A stretch of DNA of 64,000 nucleotides, taken from Sphingomicrobium sp. GTDB taxonomy: Bacteria > Pseudomonadota > Alphaproteobacteria > Sphingomonadales > Sphingomonadaceae. A model generated the notes under the pieces. That model had not been told where the DNA came from. It worked only from the letters and a program-made list of their open reading frames with translations, and ran no database searches. This document shows, piece by piece, positions 19,702 to 28,671 of the stretch. Numbering within the stretch: the first letter of the stretch is position 1; each line of letters opens with the position of its first letter. The position numbers and the translations under genes were made by a program. The stretch lies in assembly GCA_051000635.1 (NCBI GenBank), contig JBPCOC010000048.1, positions 4,558 to 68,557 on the forward strand, written 5' to 3'.

Positions 19702-20339
19702 TGGAGCCCGGGCCGAGCCTCGCCGAAGACGCCCGGAAGCTGTTTTCGGGGCCGGTCGAGTTCCTGAAATCGGCGCCATCACTCCCGTACCTGCCCGATC
19801 CGGACGTGCCCGAGGTCGCCTTCGCCGGCCGCTCGAACGTCGGCAAGAGCGCGCTTCTGAACGCGCTCACCAACCGCAAGTCGCTCGCCCGGACCTCGAA
19901 CACTCCGGGCCGCACCCAGGAGCTGAATTTCTTCGACGTCGGCAAGCCGCTCCGGCTTCGGCTGGTTGACATGCCCGGATACGGATTCGCCGATGCCCCG
20001 AAGGACCTCGTCAAGCGTTGGCGAGGGTTGGTGAACAGCTATCTGCGCGGCCGACCGGTTCTCAAGCGCGCGCTTGTCCTGGTCGACTCGCGCCATGGGC
20101 TAAAGCCCATCGACGGCGAAGTGATGCGGATGCTCGACGAGGCTGCGGTGAGCTACCATCTGGTTCTGACCAAAGGCGACAAGGTGAAGCCGACCGATCT
20201 GGAAGCAGTGCTTGCTCAAACCGCGGCCGAGGCTGCAAAGCATCCCGCAGCGCATCCGCAGCTGATCGCGACGTCGAGCGAAACCGGTGAAGGCATCGCC
20301 GAGTTGCGGACTGCGATTCTCGAAGCCGCGATGACTTAG
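19701..20339 (+). CDS. engB: GTP-binding protein EngB/YihA
   Basis: EVAFAGRSNVGKS, TSNTPGRTQ, DMPGYG and TKGDK. Confidence 0.95.
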   Translation: MEPGPSLAEDARKLFSGPVEFLKSAPSLPYLPDPDVPEVAFAGRSNVGKSALLNALTNRKSLARTSNTPGRTQELNFFDVGKPLRLRLVDMPGYGFADAPKDLVKRWRGLVNSYLRGRPVLKRALVLVDSRHGLKPIDGEVMRMLDEAAVSYHLVLTKGDKVKPTDLEAVLAQTAAEAAKHPAAHPQLIATSSETGEGIAELRTAILEAAMT

Positions 20340-20348
20340 GAGATCGCC

Positions 20349-21014
20349 TTGCTCAAACTGATCATTGGCAACCGCGCCTATTCGAGCTGGTCGATGCGGG
20401 GCTGGCTGGCGTGCAAGCAGTCGGACGAAGAGTTCGAGGAATATGTCGCTCCGCTGTTCGACGCCGAATGGGCGAAGCGGCGTGACGGCGACGAGTTCGC
20501 GCCCTCGTCGGGGAAGGTGCCGATCCTGTGGGACGGCGATTGCGTCGTCTGGGACAGCCTGGCGATAATCGAATTCCTCGCCGACCGCGTTGGCAGGGAC
20601 AGATTCTGGCCGGAGGACGATGCAGCGCGCGGGATGGCGCGCTCGATGGCCGCGGAAATGCATTCGAGCTTCCCCAATTTGCGCCGCGAGCTGCCGATGA
20701 ACGTTCGCAAGAGCTATCCGCCGGTCACGCTCTCCGACGCCGTCCGCGACGAGATCAACCGGATCCTGCAGCTGTGGGCGCAGGCTCGAGCCCGCCACGG
20801 CGGAACCGGCGACTTTCTGTTCGGCAAATGGTCGGCTGCCGACATCATGTACGCGCCGGTCGTCACCCGCTTCATCACCTACGGTGTGAAAATGCCGCCG
20901 TTCGCCGCCCTCTACATGAAGGCGGTGCTGTCCCACCCGGACGTCAACGACTGGATCGACAAGGCGCAGGACGAGCCCTGGGTGATCGAAGAATATGAGA
21001 CCGAGGCCGCCTAG
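20349..21014 (+). CDS. Glutathione S-transferase family protein
   Basis: IGNRAYSSWSMRGWL, SGKVPIL, WDSLAI and ADIMYAPVV. Confidence 0.9.
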   Translation: MLKLIIGNRAYSSWSMRGWLACKQSDEEFEEYVAPLFDAEWAKRRDGDEFAPSSGKVPILWDGDCVVWDSLAIIEFLADRVGRDRFWPEDDAARGMARSMAAEMHSSFPNLRRELPMNVRKSYPPVTLSDAVRDEINRILQLWAQARARHGGTGDFLFGKWSAADIMYAPVVTRFITYGVKMPPFAALYMKAVLSHPDVNDWIDKAQDEPWVIEEYETEAA

Positions 21015-21463
21015 TAGGACGTCCCGTCCTTCTGGGTCATCCGGTTGGCCTCGGCGTTATAGTGGAGGTCCACGTCCGGGTAGTGACAGTCACCCTCCCC
21101 AACCCGGCAGTCGATTGCCACGAACGTGCACGGGCGGTCGCTCCGATTCACCAGGTGATGGCCGTTGGGATCGTCCTTCGGGAAGGCAGCGCAATCTCCG
21201 GCACGCATCACCGTCTCGCCATGCTCCTCGACCAACACCGCTTCGCCGTCGAGCATGACGACGAACTCGTCGATTCCCTCATGCCAGTGGCGCTGGCTCG
21301 ACCAGGCGCCCGGATCGAGCACGACATGGCTCGCTCCGATCTGAGTAAGGCCGGCGGCCTTTCCGACCCGGCGGTAGCGGCGGCCGCGGACATCGCTTGC
21401 GAACGGCTCGGGATAGCTGGTCCGGTTCGTTTCCTCGATCGCGTCGATGTCCAGCTTCGGCAT
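21011..21463 (-). CDS. Cupin domain protein
   Basis: PGAWSSQRHWHEGIDEFV and GDCAAFP...NGHHLVN. Confidence 0.88.
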   Translation of the reverse strand: MPKLDIDAIEETNRTSYPEPFASDVRGRRYRRVGKAAGLTQIGASHVVLDPGAWSSQRHWHEGIDEFVVMLDGEAVLVEEHGETVMRAGDCAAFPKDDPNGHHLVNRSDRPCTFVAIDCRVGEGDCHYPDVDLHYNAEANRMTQKDGTSY

Positions 21464-21512
21464 TTGCCGGCGCTCCCTGTGCAATGACCCGACTGCTTGC
21501 TAGGCGCTCGCA

Positions 21513-22643
21513 ATGACCGCTTCAATCGACCCCGTGGAGCTCGCTCGCCAGCTGATCCGATGCCCGAGCGTCACCCCGGCGCGTGGGCAAGTGTTCGACG
21601 TGCTGGAGGGGATGCTCGAGCCGCTCGGCTTCACAGTCCACCGCTTCGTGCTGGGAGAGCCGCCCGACGGGCCGACCGAGAACATGGTCGCCTTTCGCGG
21701 CGAAGGCTCTCCGCACTTCGGCTTTGCCGGGCACCTCGACGTCGTCCCCCCGGGCGAGGGCTGGGACTGCGACCCGTTCGAAGCGAAAATCGAGGACGGC
21801 CGGCTGATCGGGCGTGGCGCAAACGACATGAAGAGCGCGATCGGCGCCTTCGTGGCGGCCGTCGCACAAGCCAATCAGGCGCGCGGGACCCTGTCGTTCC
21901 TGATCACCGGCGACGAGGAAGGCTATTCGACTTACGGGACTCCGCGGATCATCGACTGGCTGAACGAGCGGCAGATCAGGCCGGACATGATCCTCATCGG
22001 CGAGCCGACCTCGGTCGACCGCCTCGGCGACACCGTGAAGATCGGCCGCCGCGGGTCGGTCAACATGTGGATCGAAGTGCCTGGCCTTCAGGGCCATGTC
22101 GCCTACCCGCACCGGACCGAAAACCCGGTGCCTCCCCTCGCGCGGATCATCGCCGCGCTCGACAGCCTTCACCTCGACGACGGGACCGAGGCGTTCCCTC
22201 CGTCGAACCTGGAGTTCACCGGAGTCGACACGCCGACCCACGCGAGCAACGTCATCCCCGGTTCCGCTACCGCCCAGCTCAACATCCGCTTCAACGACCT
22301 GCACAAGGGCGCCGATCTCGTTCGCAAGGTCGAGGAGATCGCCCAGGGCGAAGCCCCGGGAGCAACGGTCCGGGGGCGAATTTCAGGCGAGGCCTTCCTC
22401 ACTCCGCCTGGCCCGCTCTACGACGTCGTCGTTGAGGCGATCCGCGCGGAAACCGGCGAGGCGCCGGAGCTGTCGACCAGCGGCGGGACGTCCGACGGAC
22501 GGTTCCTGATCCAGCTATGCCCGGTAGTCGATTTCGGCCTTCCCAACGCGACGATGCACAAGGTCGGCGAAACTGCCGCGCTCGAAGATATCCAGGCGCT
22601 GTCGCGAATCTATCAAAGAATTATCGAGAAGGTCGTCGGCTAA
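21513..22643 (+). CDS. dapE: Succinyl-diaminopimelate desuccinylase
   Basis: AGHLDVVPPG, GRGANDMKS, ITGDEEG, GEPT, GRRGS, QGHVAYPH and GGTSDGRF. Confidence 0.95.
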   Translation: MTASIDPVELARQLIRCPSVTPARGQVFDVLEGMLEPLGFTVHRFVLGEPPDGPTENMVAFRGEGSPHFGFAGHLDVVPPGEGWDCDPFEAKIEDGRLIGRGANDMKSAIGAFVAAVAQANQARGTLSFLITGDEEGYSTYGTPRIIDWLNERQIRPDMILIGEPTSVDRLGDTVKIGRRGSVNMWIEVPGLQGHVAYPHRTENPVPPLARIIAALDSLHLDDGTEAFPPSNLEFTGVDTPTHASNVIPGSATAQLNIRFNDLHKGADLVRKVEEIAQGEAPGATVRGRISGEAFLTPPGPLYDVVVEAIRAETGEAPELSTSGGTSDGRFLIQLCPVVDFGLPNATMHKVGETAALEDIQALSRIYQRIIEKVVG

Positions 22644-22647
22644 GTGC

Positions 22648-22679
22648 CTAGTGTCCGCTTTGGGTGGAAAGCGGACATT
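22648..22679 (+). repeat. GTCCGC/GCGGAC palindrome E1
   Basis: CTAGTGTCCGCTTTGGGTGGAAAGCGGACATT; 11/12-bp stem with a GGGTGG loop; 4 nt after the dapE stop. Confidence 0.85.
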
Positions 22680-22791
22680 CAATTTCCAATCGTCGAGCTG
22701 ATACAAGCCTCTAGACTCTGGGATTAACTCGGCAGAGGATAATTCCTGTTTGATCGAGTCGCGGTGAATCAAACCTTGCGCTGGGGGGCGA

Positions 22792-22968
22792 ATGGCGGAC
22801 ATTGACTATCTGCGTAATCGGGCTCGTGCCGAACGCCTCGCAGCGTGCAACTCCTCCGGGTCGATCGTGCGGTTGCGCCACCTCGAGTTTGCCGAAGCTT
22901 ATGAATTTCGCGTCCGTGAGATGGAATGCAGAGGTTCGTCGTTCAGCGATGCCCCTGAACCGGCTTAA
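22792..22968 (+). CDS. Small hypothetical protein (58 aa), Y-x-R-x-RA-x-x-ER family
   Basis: Manual translation MADIDYLRNRARAERLAACNSSGSIVRLRHLEFAEAYEFRVREMECRGSSFSDAPEPA; clearly similar to the ORFs at 24041 and 46717. Confidence 0.7.
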   Translation: MADIDYLRNRARAERLAACNSSGSIVRLRHLEFAEAYEFRVREMECRGSSFSDAPEPA

Positions 22969-23019
22969 CAGACGCAAAGGACTGCGAAGCCAAGTTTAGG
23001 CGTGGCCTCAACCATCTCG

Positions 23020-23052
23020 TAACGTCCGGAATGGGTGGAAAGCGGACATTAG
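23020..23052 (+). repeat. GTCCGC/GCGGAC palindrome E2
   Basis: TAACGTCCGGAATGGGTGGAAAGCGGACATTAG. Confidence 0.85.
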
Positions 23053-23211
23053 CGCCGGTCCCTGCCCTGATCGTCAAGACTGTCAGTGGTGCGAACCGCG
23101 TCGCCACAGGTTCGGTGAAAATCTAATCGCTGCCTGGACGAACATTGCACCTGCCTCGCGCCCCCGTTCGTTCTGCCCCGACGCGAGCTTTGCGTAGGAG
23201 GAGGCCGAAAA

Positions 23212-23808
23212 ATGAATGAGACCCTGTTGATTGTCGTGGCGGTTGTCGCCGTTCTCGCCGTCGCTGGCTGGTGGTTTTACCAGCGGCGCCAGTCGGAGCA
23301 CCTGCGGTCCCGCTTCGGCAGCGAATATGAGCATGAGGTCGAGGAAAAGGGGAGCCGGCGAAAGGCCGAAGCCGAGCTGGCGGATCGGGAAAAACGAGTG
23401 AAGAAGCTGGACATTCGGCCGCTAGAGCCGTCGGCCCGCCGGGGTTTCATAGAGCGCTGGAAGGAAGTCCAGGCGCGGTTCGTAGACGACCCGCCAGCGG
23501 CGGTTGGCGAGGCTGATGATCTGCTCGGCGAGGTGATGCGCACTCGGGGCTATCCGGTCGGCGACTTCGAGCATAGCGCCGGCGATATTTCAGTCGATCA
23601 CCCGCAGGTCGTGAAGCATTACCGCGCAGGTCACGACATCGCCGTGAGGCACGAGCGCGGCGAGGCCAGCACCGAAGAGTTGCGCCAGGCGATGATTCAT
23701 TACCGGGCGCTGTTTGATGAGCTGGTCGAAGATGAAGGTGCGGAGGGTCGCGATAAGCAGGAGACGGCTACCGAGTCCCCCTCACCCGACCGGCGGAAGC
23801 GGTCCTAA
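23212..23808 (+). CDS. Hypothetical membrane-anchored protein (198 aa)
   Basis: Strong SD (AGGAGG); N-terminal TM helix followed by a charged helical domain. Confidence 0.8.
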   Translation: MNETLLIVVAVVAVLAVAGWWFYQRRQSEHLRSRFGSEYEHEVEEKGSRRKAEAELADREKRVKKLDIRPLEPSARRGFIERWKEVQARFVDDPPAAVGEADDLLGEVMRTRGYPVGDFEHSAGDISVDHPQVVKHYRAGHDIAVRHERGEASTEELRQAMIHYRALFDELVEDEGAEGRDKQETATESPSPDRRKRS

Positions 23809-23812
23809 GCCG

Positions 23813-23843
23813 CTAGTGTCCAGAATGGGCTGGAAATCGACGC
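23813..23843 (+). repeat. Degenerate palindrome E3
   Basis: CTAGTGTCCAGAATGGGCTGGAAATCGACGC; same CTAGTGTCC start as E1 and the same 4-nt offset from a TAA stop. Confidence 0.55.
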
Positions 23844-24040
23844 CGGGCCCGCCCCCTAAACATCACCGGTAGGGGGAACGCGGCGTTAACGCCCGGCGGC
23901 GGTTTTTGTGGGGCAACATGCGGGCTTCGGACTCGGTGCTGTAACGAAAGTAAGTTATCCACAGTCATCGCCGTGGGTCATCAAGCGAGGCGGCGACTGA
24001 GAGACCCACGCGCTCCCCGCTTGATATAGGAGTTGGGCAT

Positions 24041-24268
24041 ATGTCCCCTGATGATACCAGCTACTATCGGCAACGCGCAGTTGAGGAGCGAACGAGAGCG
24101 CTTACGGCTGAGTGCGAGGACGTTCGGGAGATCCACGAGGAGCTGGCACGGCTATACGACGCGCTCGTCTTGCAGGACGAGTTGCGGCCGACGATTCGGA
24201 CAATCTTCGGCTTCGGGAAGCTTCGATCGGCTTCGGCACCTGAGAAACTGACTGGATCAATGGCTTAG
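24041..24268 (+). CDS. Small hypothetical protein (75 aa), Y-x-R-x-RA-x-x-ER family
   Basis: AGGAG SD; MSPDDTSYYRQRAVEERTRAL...VREIHEELARLYD. Confidence 0.72.
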   Translation: MSPDDTSYYRQRAVEERTRALTAECEDVREIHEELARLYDALVLQDELRPTIRTIFGFGKLRSASAPEKLTGSMA

Positions 24269-24355
24269 TCTTCAGGATGGTGGTGCCGCCACACAAGCAC
24301 GGAGAGGTACTCGAAACGTAAGCGGTTCCGCCGCTTCTTCGGCAAAGACGGGTCG

Positions 24356-24389
24356 CTAATGTCCGATTTGGGTCGAAAGCGGACGCTAG
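24356..24389 (+). repeat. GTCCGC/GCGGAC palindrome E4
   Basis: CTAATGTCCGATTTGGGTCGAAAGCGGACGCTAG. Confidence 0.85.
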
Positions 24390-24399
24390 CGTGGGCGCG

Positions 24400-26082
24400 T
24401 CAGGCGACCGATTGGGCCTCGCCGCCTTCGTGGCTAACCAGGGCGCGAAATTCCTGCTCCGACATCGGCTCGCCGAACACGAAGCCCTGAACCGTATCGC
24501 AGCCCATCGCCCGAAGGATGTCGGCCTGCGCGCTGTTCTCGACCGCCTCGGCGACGATTTCGCAGCCGACGCCCTTGATCAACTGAACGACGGCCTGGAC
24601 GATCACCCGCGCCTTTTCGGAATCTTCGATTTCCGCGATCAGCGATGGGTCGAGCTTAACCCTGTCGAGCGGCATCGAGCGCAGCCGCGAGAGGTTGGAA
24701 TAACCGGTGCCGAAGTCGTCGATCGCGATTTTGGCGCCGTCCTCGCGAAGCAATGCGATCTCCTCAAGCACCGGTTCGCTCGCCTTCATCGCCGCGCTCT
24801 CGGTGAACTCGAGCTCGACTAGCGACAGCGGCACCTCCTGGTCGGCAAAAGCCTGGCGCAGCCTGGCGAAGAAATCGGCCCGGTCGAGCTGCCTCGGGCT
24901 GACGTTGAACGCGATTCGATGCGCAATCCCGTCGCGGTGCCATGCCCCGAGCATCAGCGCGACCTCGCCAATGACCCATTCTCCGATCTCGGCGACCAGG
25001 CCGGTTCGCTCGGCCACCGGGATGAAGGTTTCAGGCATACGCAACCCGTCGCGCGGGTGGTTCCAGCGCAACAGTGCTTCGGCTCCAACGATTTCTTCGG
25101 TTGCCAGGCTCAGCTGCGGCTGCAGCGCCAGCTGGAATTCGCCACGCTGCACCGCCGCCGTCAGCGCTTTTTCTGTCTCCGCTTTCGAGTGGTGATCGGC
25201 GGAGAGCTCGTCATTGAAAAGGCAATATTGGCCACCGCCGCGCGATTTTGCGTCGTACATCGCGATGTCGGCTGCTCGCATCAGCGATTCGACGCTGGTT
25301 CCATGGTCGGGGCTGACCGAAACACCGATCGAAGCTCCGATGTCGACGCTATGGCCGTAAAGCTCGAACGGCTCCGACACCGCAAGCGCGATTCGCCGAG
25401 CGACGCGTTCGACATCCTCGACGGACTGAACCTGCGGGAAGAAAATTGTGAATTCGTCGCCGGCGAGGCGGGCGAGCAGCGGCCGCCGCGCAACGCTGTC
25501 GCTCAAGTCTGCAGTCACGACCACCCGAAGCCTGTTCGCCACCATGATCAGTAGCTGGTCGCCGCGAGCGTGGCCGAGGCTGTCGTTGACTCCCTTGAAG
25601 CGGTCGAGGTCGACGAACAGCATCGCAGCCCTCGCCCCCGTCGGAATATCCCCCAGAAGCTTGTCCGCTTCGGACCGGAAGTGAAGCCGGTTGGGAAGCG
25701 ATGTCACCGGGTCGTACATTCCAAGAGCATGGGCGTTTTCGATGGAGGAGCGCACTTCAGCGAACAAAGTGTCGATCGCTGCGGCGACCTTGGGCATGAC
25801 TTTTCGGACGATGGGCGGCGGCGGGGAGACGAGGTCTCCGTCTTCGACAGCAAGCAGGCGATCGCCGAGCGCCGCCAGCGCGCGGGCGTTTTCGCTGTTC
25901 GGGCGCTCCGAAGCTATATAGCTGATCAGCAAGCAAAAAGTGCCAGCAGTGATGGCCGCCAGGATCTTCCCGTCGAGCTCGGTGATGTACAGTAGCGCGC
26001 TCAGCGAAAAGATGAACGAGGCCGCTCCAGCCGCGCACGAGAGAATGGCGTTGCTGATCTTCTGGGCCGTGCCTTCTTGCAT
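24400..26082 (-). CDS. GGDEF-EAL protein (putative c-di-GMP phosphodiesterase/cyclase)
   Basis: Two N-terminal TM segments; DPVTSLPNR, DLDRFKGVND and RLAGDEF; EALLRW and DDFGTGYS. Confidence 0.92.
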   Translation of the reverse strand: MQEGTAQKISNAILSCAAGAASFIFSLSALLYITELDGKILAAITAGTFCLLISYIASERPNSENARALAALGDRLLAVEDGDLVSPPPPIVRKVMPKVAAAIDTLFAEVRSSIENAHALGMYDPVTSLPNRLHFRSEADKLLGDIPTGARAAMLFVDLDRFKGVNDSLGHARGDQLLIMVANRLRVVVTADLSDSVARRPLLARLAGDEFTIFFPQVQSVEDVERVARRIALAVSEPFELYGHSVDIGASIGVSVSPDHGTSVESLMRAADIAMYDAKSRGGGQYCLFNDELSADHHSKAETEKALTAAVQRGEFQLALQPQLSLATEEIVGAEALLRWNHPRDGLRMPETFIPVAERTGLVAEIGEWVIGEVALMLGAWHRDGIAHRIAFNVSPRQLDRADFFARLRQAFADQEVPLSLVELEFTESAAMKASEPVLEEIALLREDGAKIAIDDFGTGYSNLSRLRSMPLDRVKLDPSLIAEIEDSEKARVIVQAVVQLIKGVGCEIVAEAVENSAQADILRAMGCDTVQGFVFGEPMSEQEFRALVSHEGGEAQSVA

Positions 26083-26144
26083 CGGTGGTTTGCGCCCCGT
26101 CCGACGGTCCGATCCGTCTGAATTCCCCGGTTAAGCAGACAGGG

Positions 26145-26681
26145 TTAAGAAAGGGTGGCTTTTGAGCGATTTCGTCGCAAAATAATATAGAGGCTTCCGC
26201 CCCCGCCGTGACGTCCGTGCGCGCCTCGTACAGCGGCAATTCTGGGCGCGTGCCGCGAAGCCGTCAGCCAATCGTGCACAGCCGCTCGGATCCTGCCTCG
26301 CTGGACCGGAGGCTCGCCCCGTCTGGCATGGCCGGTGATTAGAAGCAGCGTTCGATCTCCGGCCTCGACTGCACGTTCGATGCCCCGGTCGATCGCGCTC
26401 CATGCCTGGTCGAGATTGAGACCGTGCAGATCGAGCACCCGGTCAGGCTCGATCGTGCCCGTGCGAAGCCGGCGGTCCCAGGTCGAATCCAGCGTCCCGG
26501 CAGAAGCAGCCGGAGCGGGAATGGGAGCTGGAGACGGTCTAGCCGAAGGTCGCGCCTCGGATCGGCGCTCGTGAGCCGGCGGGGTCACGGCCGGGGCGGT
26601 CAGCGGGTCGCGGGAGAGCGGACGGATGGTCGCGGCAACGCGCGCCCACAGCTTCTCCTCGTCAGGGTCGAGCGAGCGCAC
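26145..26681 (-). CDS. Smr/MutS2 domain protein
   Basis: LDLHGL, LLITG and HGGGGSLYIIL. Confidence 0.88.
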   Translation of the reverse strand: MRSLDPDEEKLWARVAATIRPLSRDPLTAPAVTPPAHERRSEARPSARPSPAPIPAPAASAGTLDSTWDRRLRTGTIEPDRVLDLHGLNLDQAWSAIDRGIERAVEAGDRTLLLITGHARRGEPPVQRGRIRAAVHDWLTASRHAPRIAAVRGAHGRHGGGGSLYIILRRNRSKATLS

Positions 26682-27843
26682 GCGCCGCCGCGCCCCTGGG
26701 AAGGAGGATCAGGGCCTGGCCGGAAGCCGCCATCCCGCCGGCGATCCGCCGCGCTTCGGGGCCGGCGCCCCAGAACGTGTCGAGCCGGTTGGCGCCCTTG
26801 ATCGCCCCGCCGGTGTCCTGCGCAACCCACAGCCCCCAGGCCTCGGGTCGGTCGGACGCAAGAAATACCGGTGCTCCAAGCGGGATGAAATTCGGATCGG
26901 CGGCGACGGTCGCGTAGGGAGTGACCGGAAGGCCCATCGCTCCGAGCGGTCCGGGACCGGTCAGCGGCTTGAAGAAGATGTAGGACGGGTTCGCCCGCAT
27001 CAGCTCGACCGCCTGGCCGGGGTTGGCGCGCATCCACGCCATGATCGCCTGCATCGATGTGCCGCCGGACGGCAGGACTCCCCGCTCCCTCAGCAACCGC
27101 CCGATGGCGACATATTCGCGGCCGTTCTGGTTGTCGTAGCCGATGCGGGTGACGGTCCCGTCGGGGAAGCGGAGACGGCCCGAGCCCTGGATGTGAAGGA
27201 AGAACAGCTCGACCGGATCGGCGGCCCAGGCGATCTCGAGCCCCTTGCCGGCAAGCGCGCCCTGCTCGATTTCCGCCCGGGAGTAATAATAGACGCACTG
27301 CCCGTTCTCGTCGATCCGGCCGCGGCCGGTCCGTCCGTCGGGAAGTGCGCAGCGGGTAAGATCCGGCGGAGTTCTATAGATCGGCACATGCCCCGGCGCC
27401 GGCACACGCGAACCGGCGATCTCCGGCTCGAAATAGCCGGTTGCGAACGCCTTTCCGTCACCCACTCGAACCCAGTCGAAGCTGTTGCGGAAGAATTCGG
27501 AAGCTCCGCCTGGCGGAACAGTTGCGGCCTGGGCGCAAACGCCGTTCCAGTCGGCGGGGTTCGTCAATCCGGAGCGGTCGGTGCGCTTGACGACCGAACG
27601 GCAGCTGATCCGGAACGCTGTCAGCGCCTCGGCGGCATCCCTCTCGTGAAGAATCGCCGGCGGCGAGAGGCTTATTCCGGCCTGGACCGCATTGGCCGGC
27701 GGCGGCGGCTCGGGCCGAGGCAGTGGCTGGACCGGCGGCTCAACTGGCGGAAGCGGCGGCTGCGGCGGCTGGACTGGCCTGCTTACGCAGGCGGAAAGCA
27801 ACAGAAGTGAGGCGAGGGCTAACCCTCTCGACCAGCCCTTCAC
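26662..27843 (-). CDS. mltA: Membrane-bound lytic murein transglycosylase A
   Basis: Lipobox LSAC; ATGYFEP, FFLHIQGSG, NPSYIFF, AQDTGGAIKG and LDTFWG. Confidence 0.93.
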   Translation of the reverse strand: MKGWSRGLALASLLLLSACVSRPVQPPQPPLPPVEPPVQPLPRPEPPPPANAVQAGISLSPPAILHERDAAEALTAFRISCRSVVKRTDRSGLTNPADWNGVCAQAATVPPGGASEFFRNSFDWVRVGDGKAFATGYFEPEIAGSRVPAPGHVPIYRTPPDLTRCALPDGRTGRGRIDENGQCVYYYSRAEIEQGALAGKGLEIAWAADPVELFFLHIQGSGRLRFPDGTVTRIGYDNQNGREYVAIGRLLRERGVLPSGGTSMQAIMAWMRANPGQAVELMRANPSYIFFKPLTGPGPLGAMGLPVTPYATVAADPNFIPLGAPVFLASDRPEAWGLWVAQDTGGAIKGANRLDTFWGAGPEARRIAGGMAASGQALILLPRGAAARALARP

Positions 27844-28493
27844 TCTTCCTCGTCAGTCTCGACAAGAAGCCAATTGGGGTCGCGCGCGGCGATGTCGCGA
27901 CGAAAAGTCCACAAATCGCGGGTCTGGACGGCATCGCTCATCGACCCCGCGACCACCTCGCCGGCCTTGTTTTTGGTGATGGCGGCAATGTCGGCCTCGA
28001 ACCTGACCGTAACGAACGCCACGGTCTGCTCGAGCGAGGCGGCCGAGATCAGTGCCTGCTCGATGTTCACCAGGCGATTGTCGAGAATCAACTGCTCTTT
28101 CTCGCGCTGCTCGAGGGCCGAGGCGAACGCCTTATAGACATTGTCGTCGACGTGCGGGCGAAGTGTGTCGAGATCGCCCTTCCAAAACGCTTCCAAAATC
28201 ATCCGGTAGGCGGCCTGGGCGCCTTCGAGGAACCGCGCGACATCGAACGTCGGGTCGGCGGCGAGCAGCGCCCGAACGCCTGGCCCCGCCGTCGGCAGAT
28301 AGGCGAGTTCGGAACCGTCGGTTGCCGGCTGGGGCGTCGGCGTCGATGGGGCGGGACGAGTATCGACTCGCGCATCGGGGTCGGCCGGCTTGAGGATCGG
28401 CTGCTGCTCATGTCCAGTGCGCTCGCCGAGCACGCTGTACAGGCGTAGGCCGATAAAGAGCGCCACGAGCGCGAGGATGATGATGACTGTCAA
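27840..28493 (-). CDS. Tim44/TimA family protein
   Basis: RLYSVLGERTG, FLEGAQAAYRMILEAF and WTFRRD...PNWLL. Confidence 0.88.
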   Translation of the reverse strand: MTVIIILALVALFIGLRLYSVLGERTGHEQQPILKPADPDARVDTRPAPSTPTPQPATDGSELAYLPTAGPGVRALLAADPTFDVARFLEGAQAAYRMILEAFWKGDLDTLRPHVDDNVYKAFASALEQREKEQLILDNRLVNIEQALISAASLEQTVAFVTVRFEADIAAITKNKAGEVVAGSMSDAVQTRDLWTFRRDIAARDPNWLLVETDEEE

Positions 28494-28671
28494 CGGTTGC
28501 GTTCCAGGTTCAATGTCTCAACGAACATAATGCGCGGATGGGTCAGATTCAAAGCTGCTTCTCGCTGTTGGCCGCCATTGCACGCCATTTGCCCGACTGC
28601 TAGGCGCCAACCCGAAAACGCGCCCGGCTCCTTCCGGCTCCACAACCACCCCGATTGAGGCAAGACGAGAC

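Noticed and set aside
22648-24389. CRISPR array
   Set aside because: The spacers are 340-760 bp and contain genes, the repeats are divergent, and there are no cas genes.
26131-26148. CtrA site upstream of the GGDEF-EAL gene
   Set aside because: The two TTAA half-sites are 10 nt apart rather than 7.
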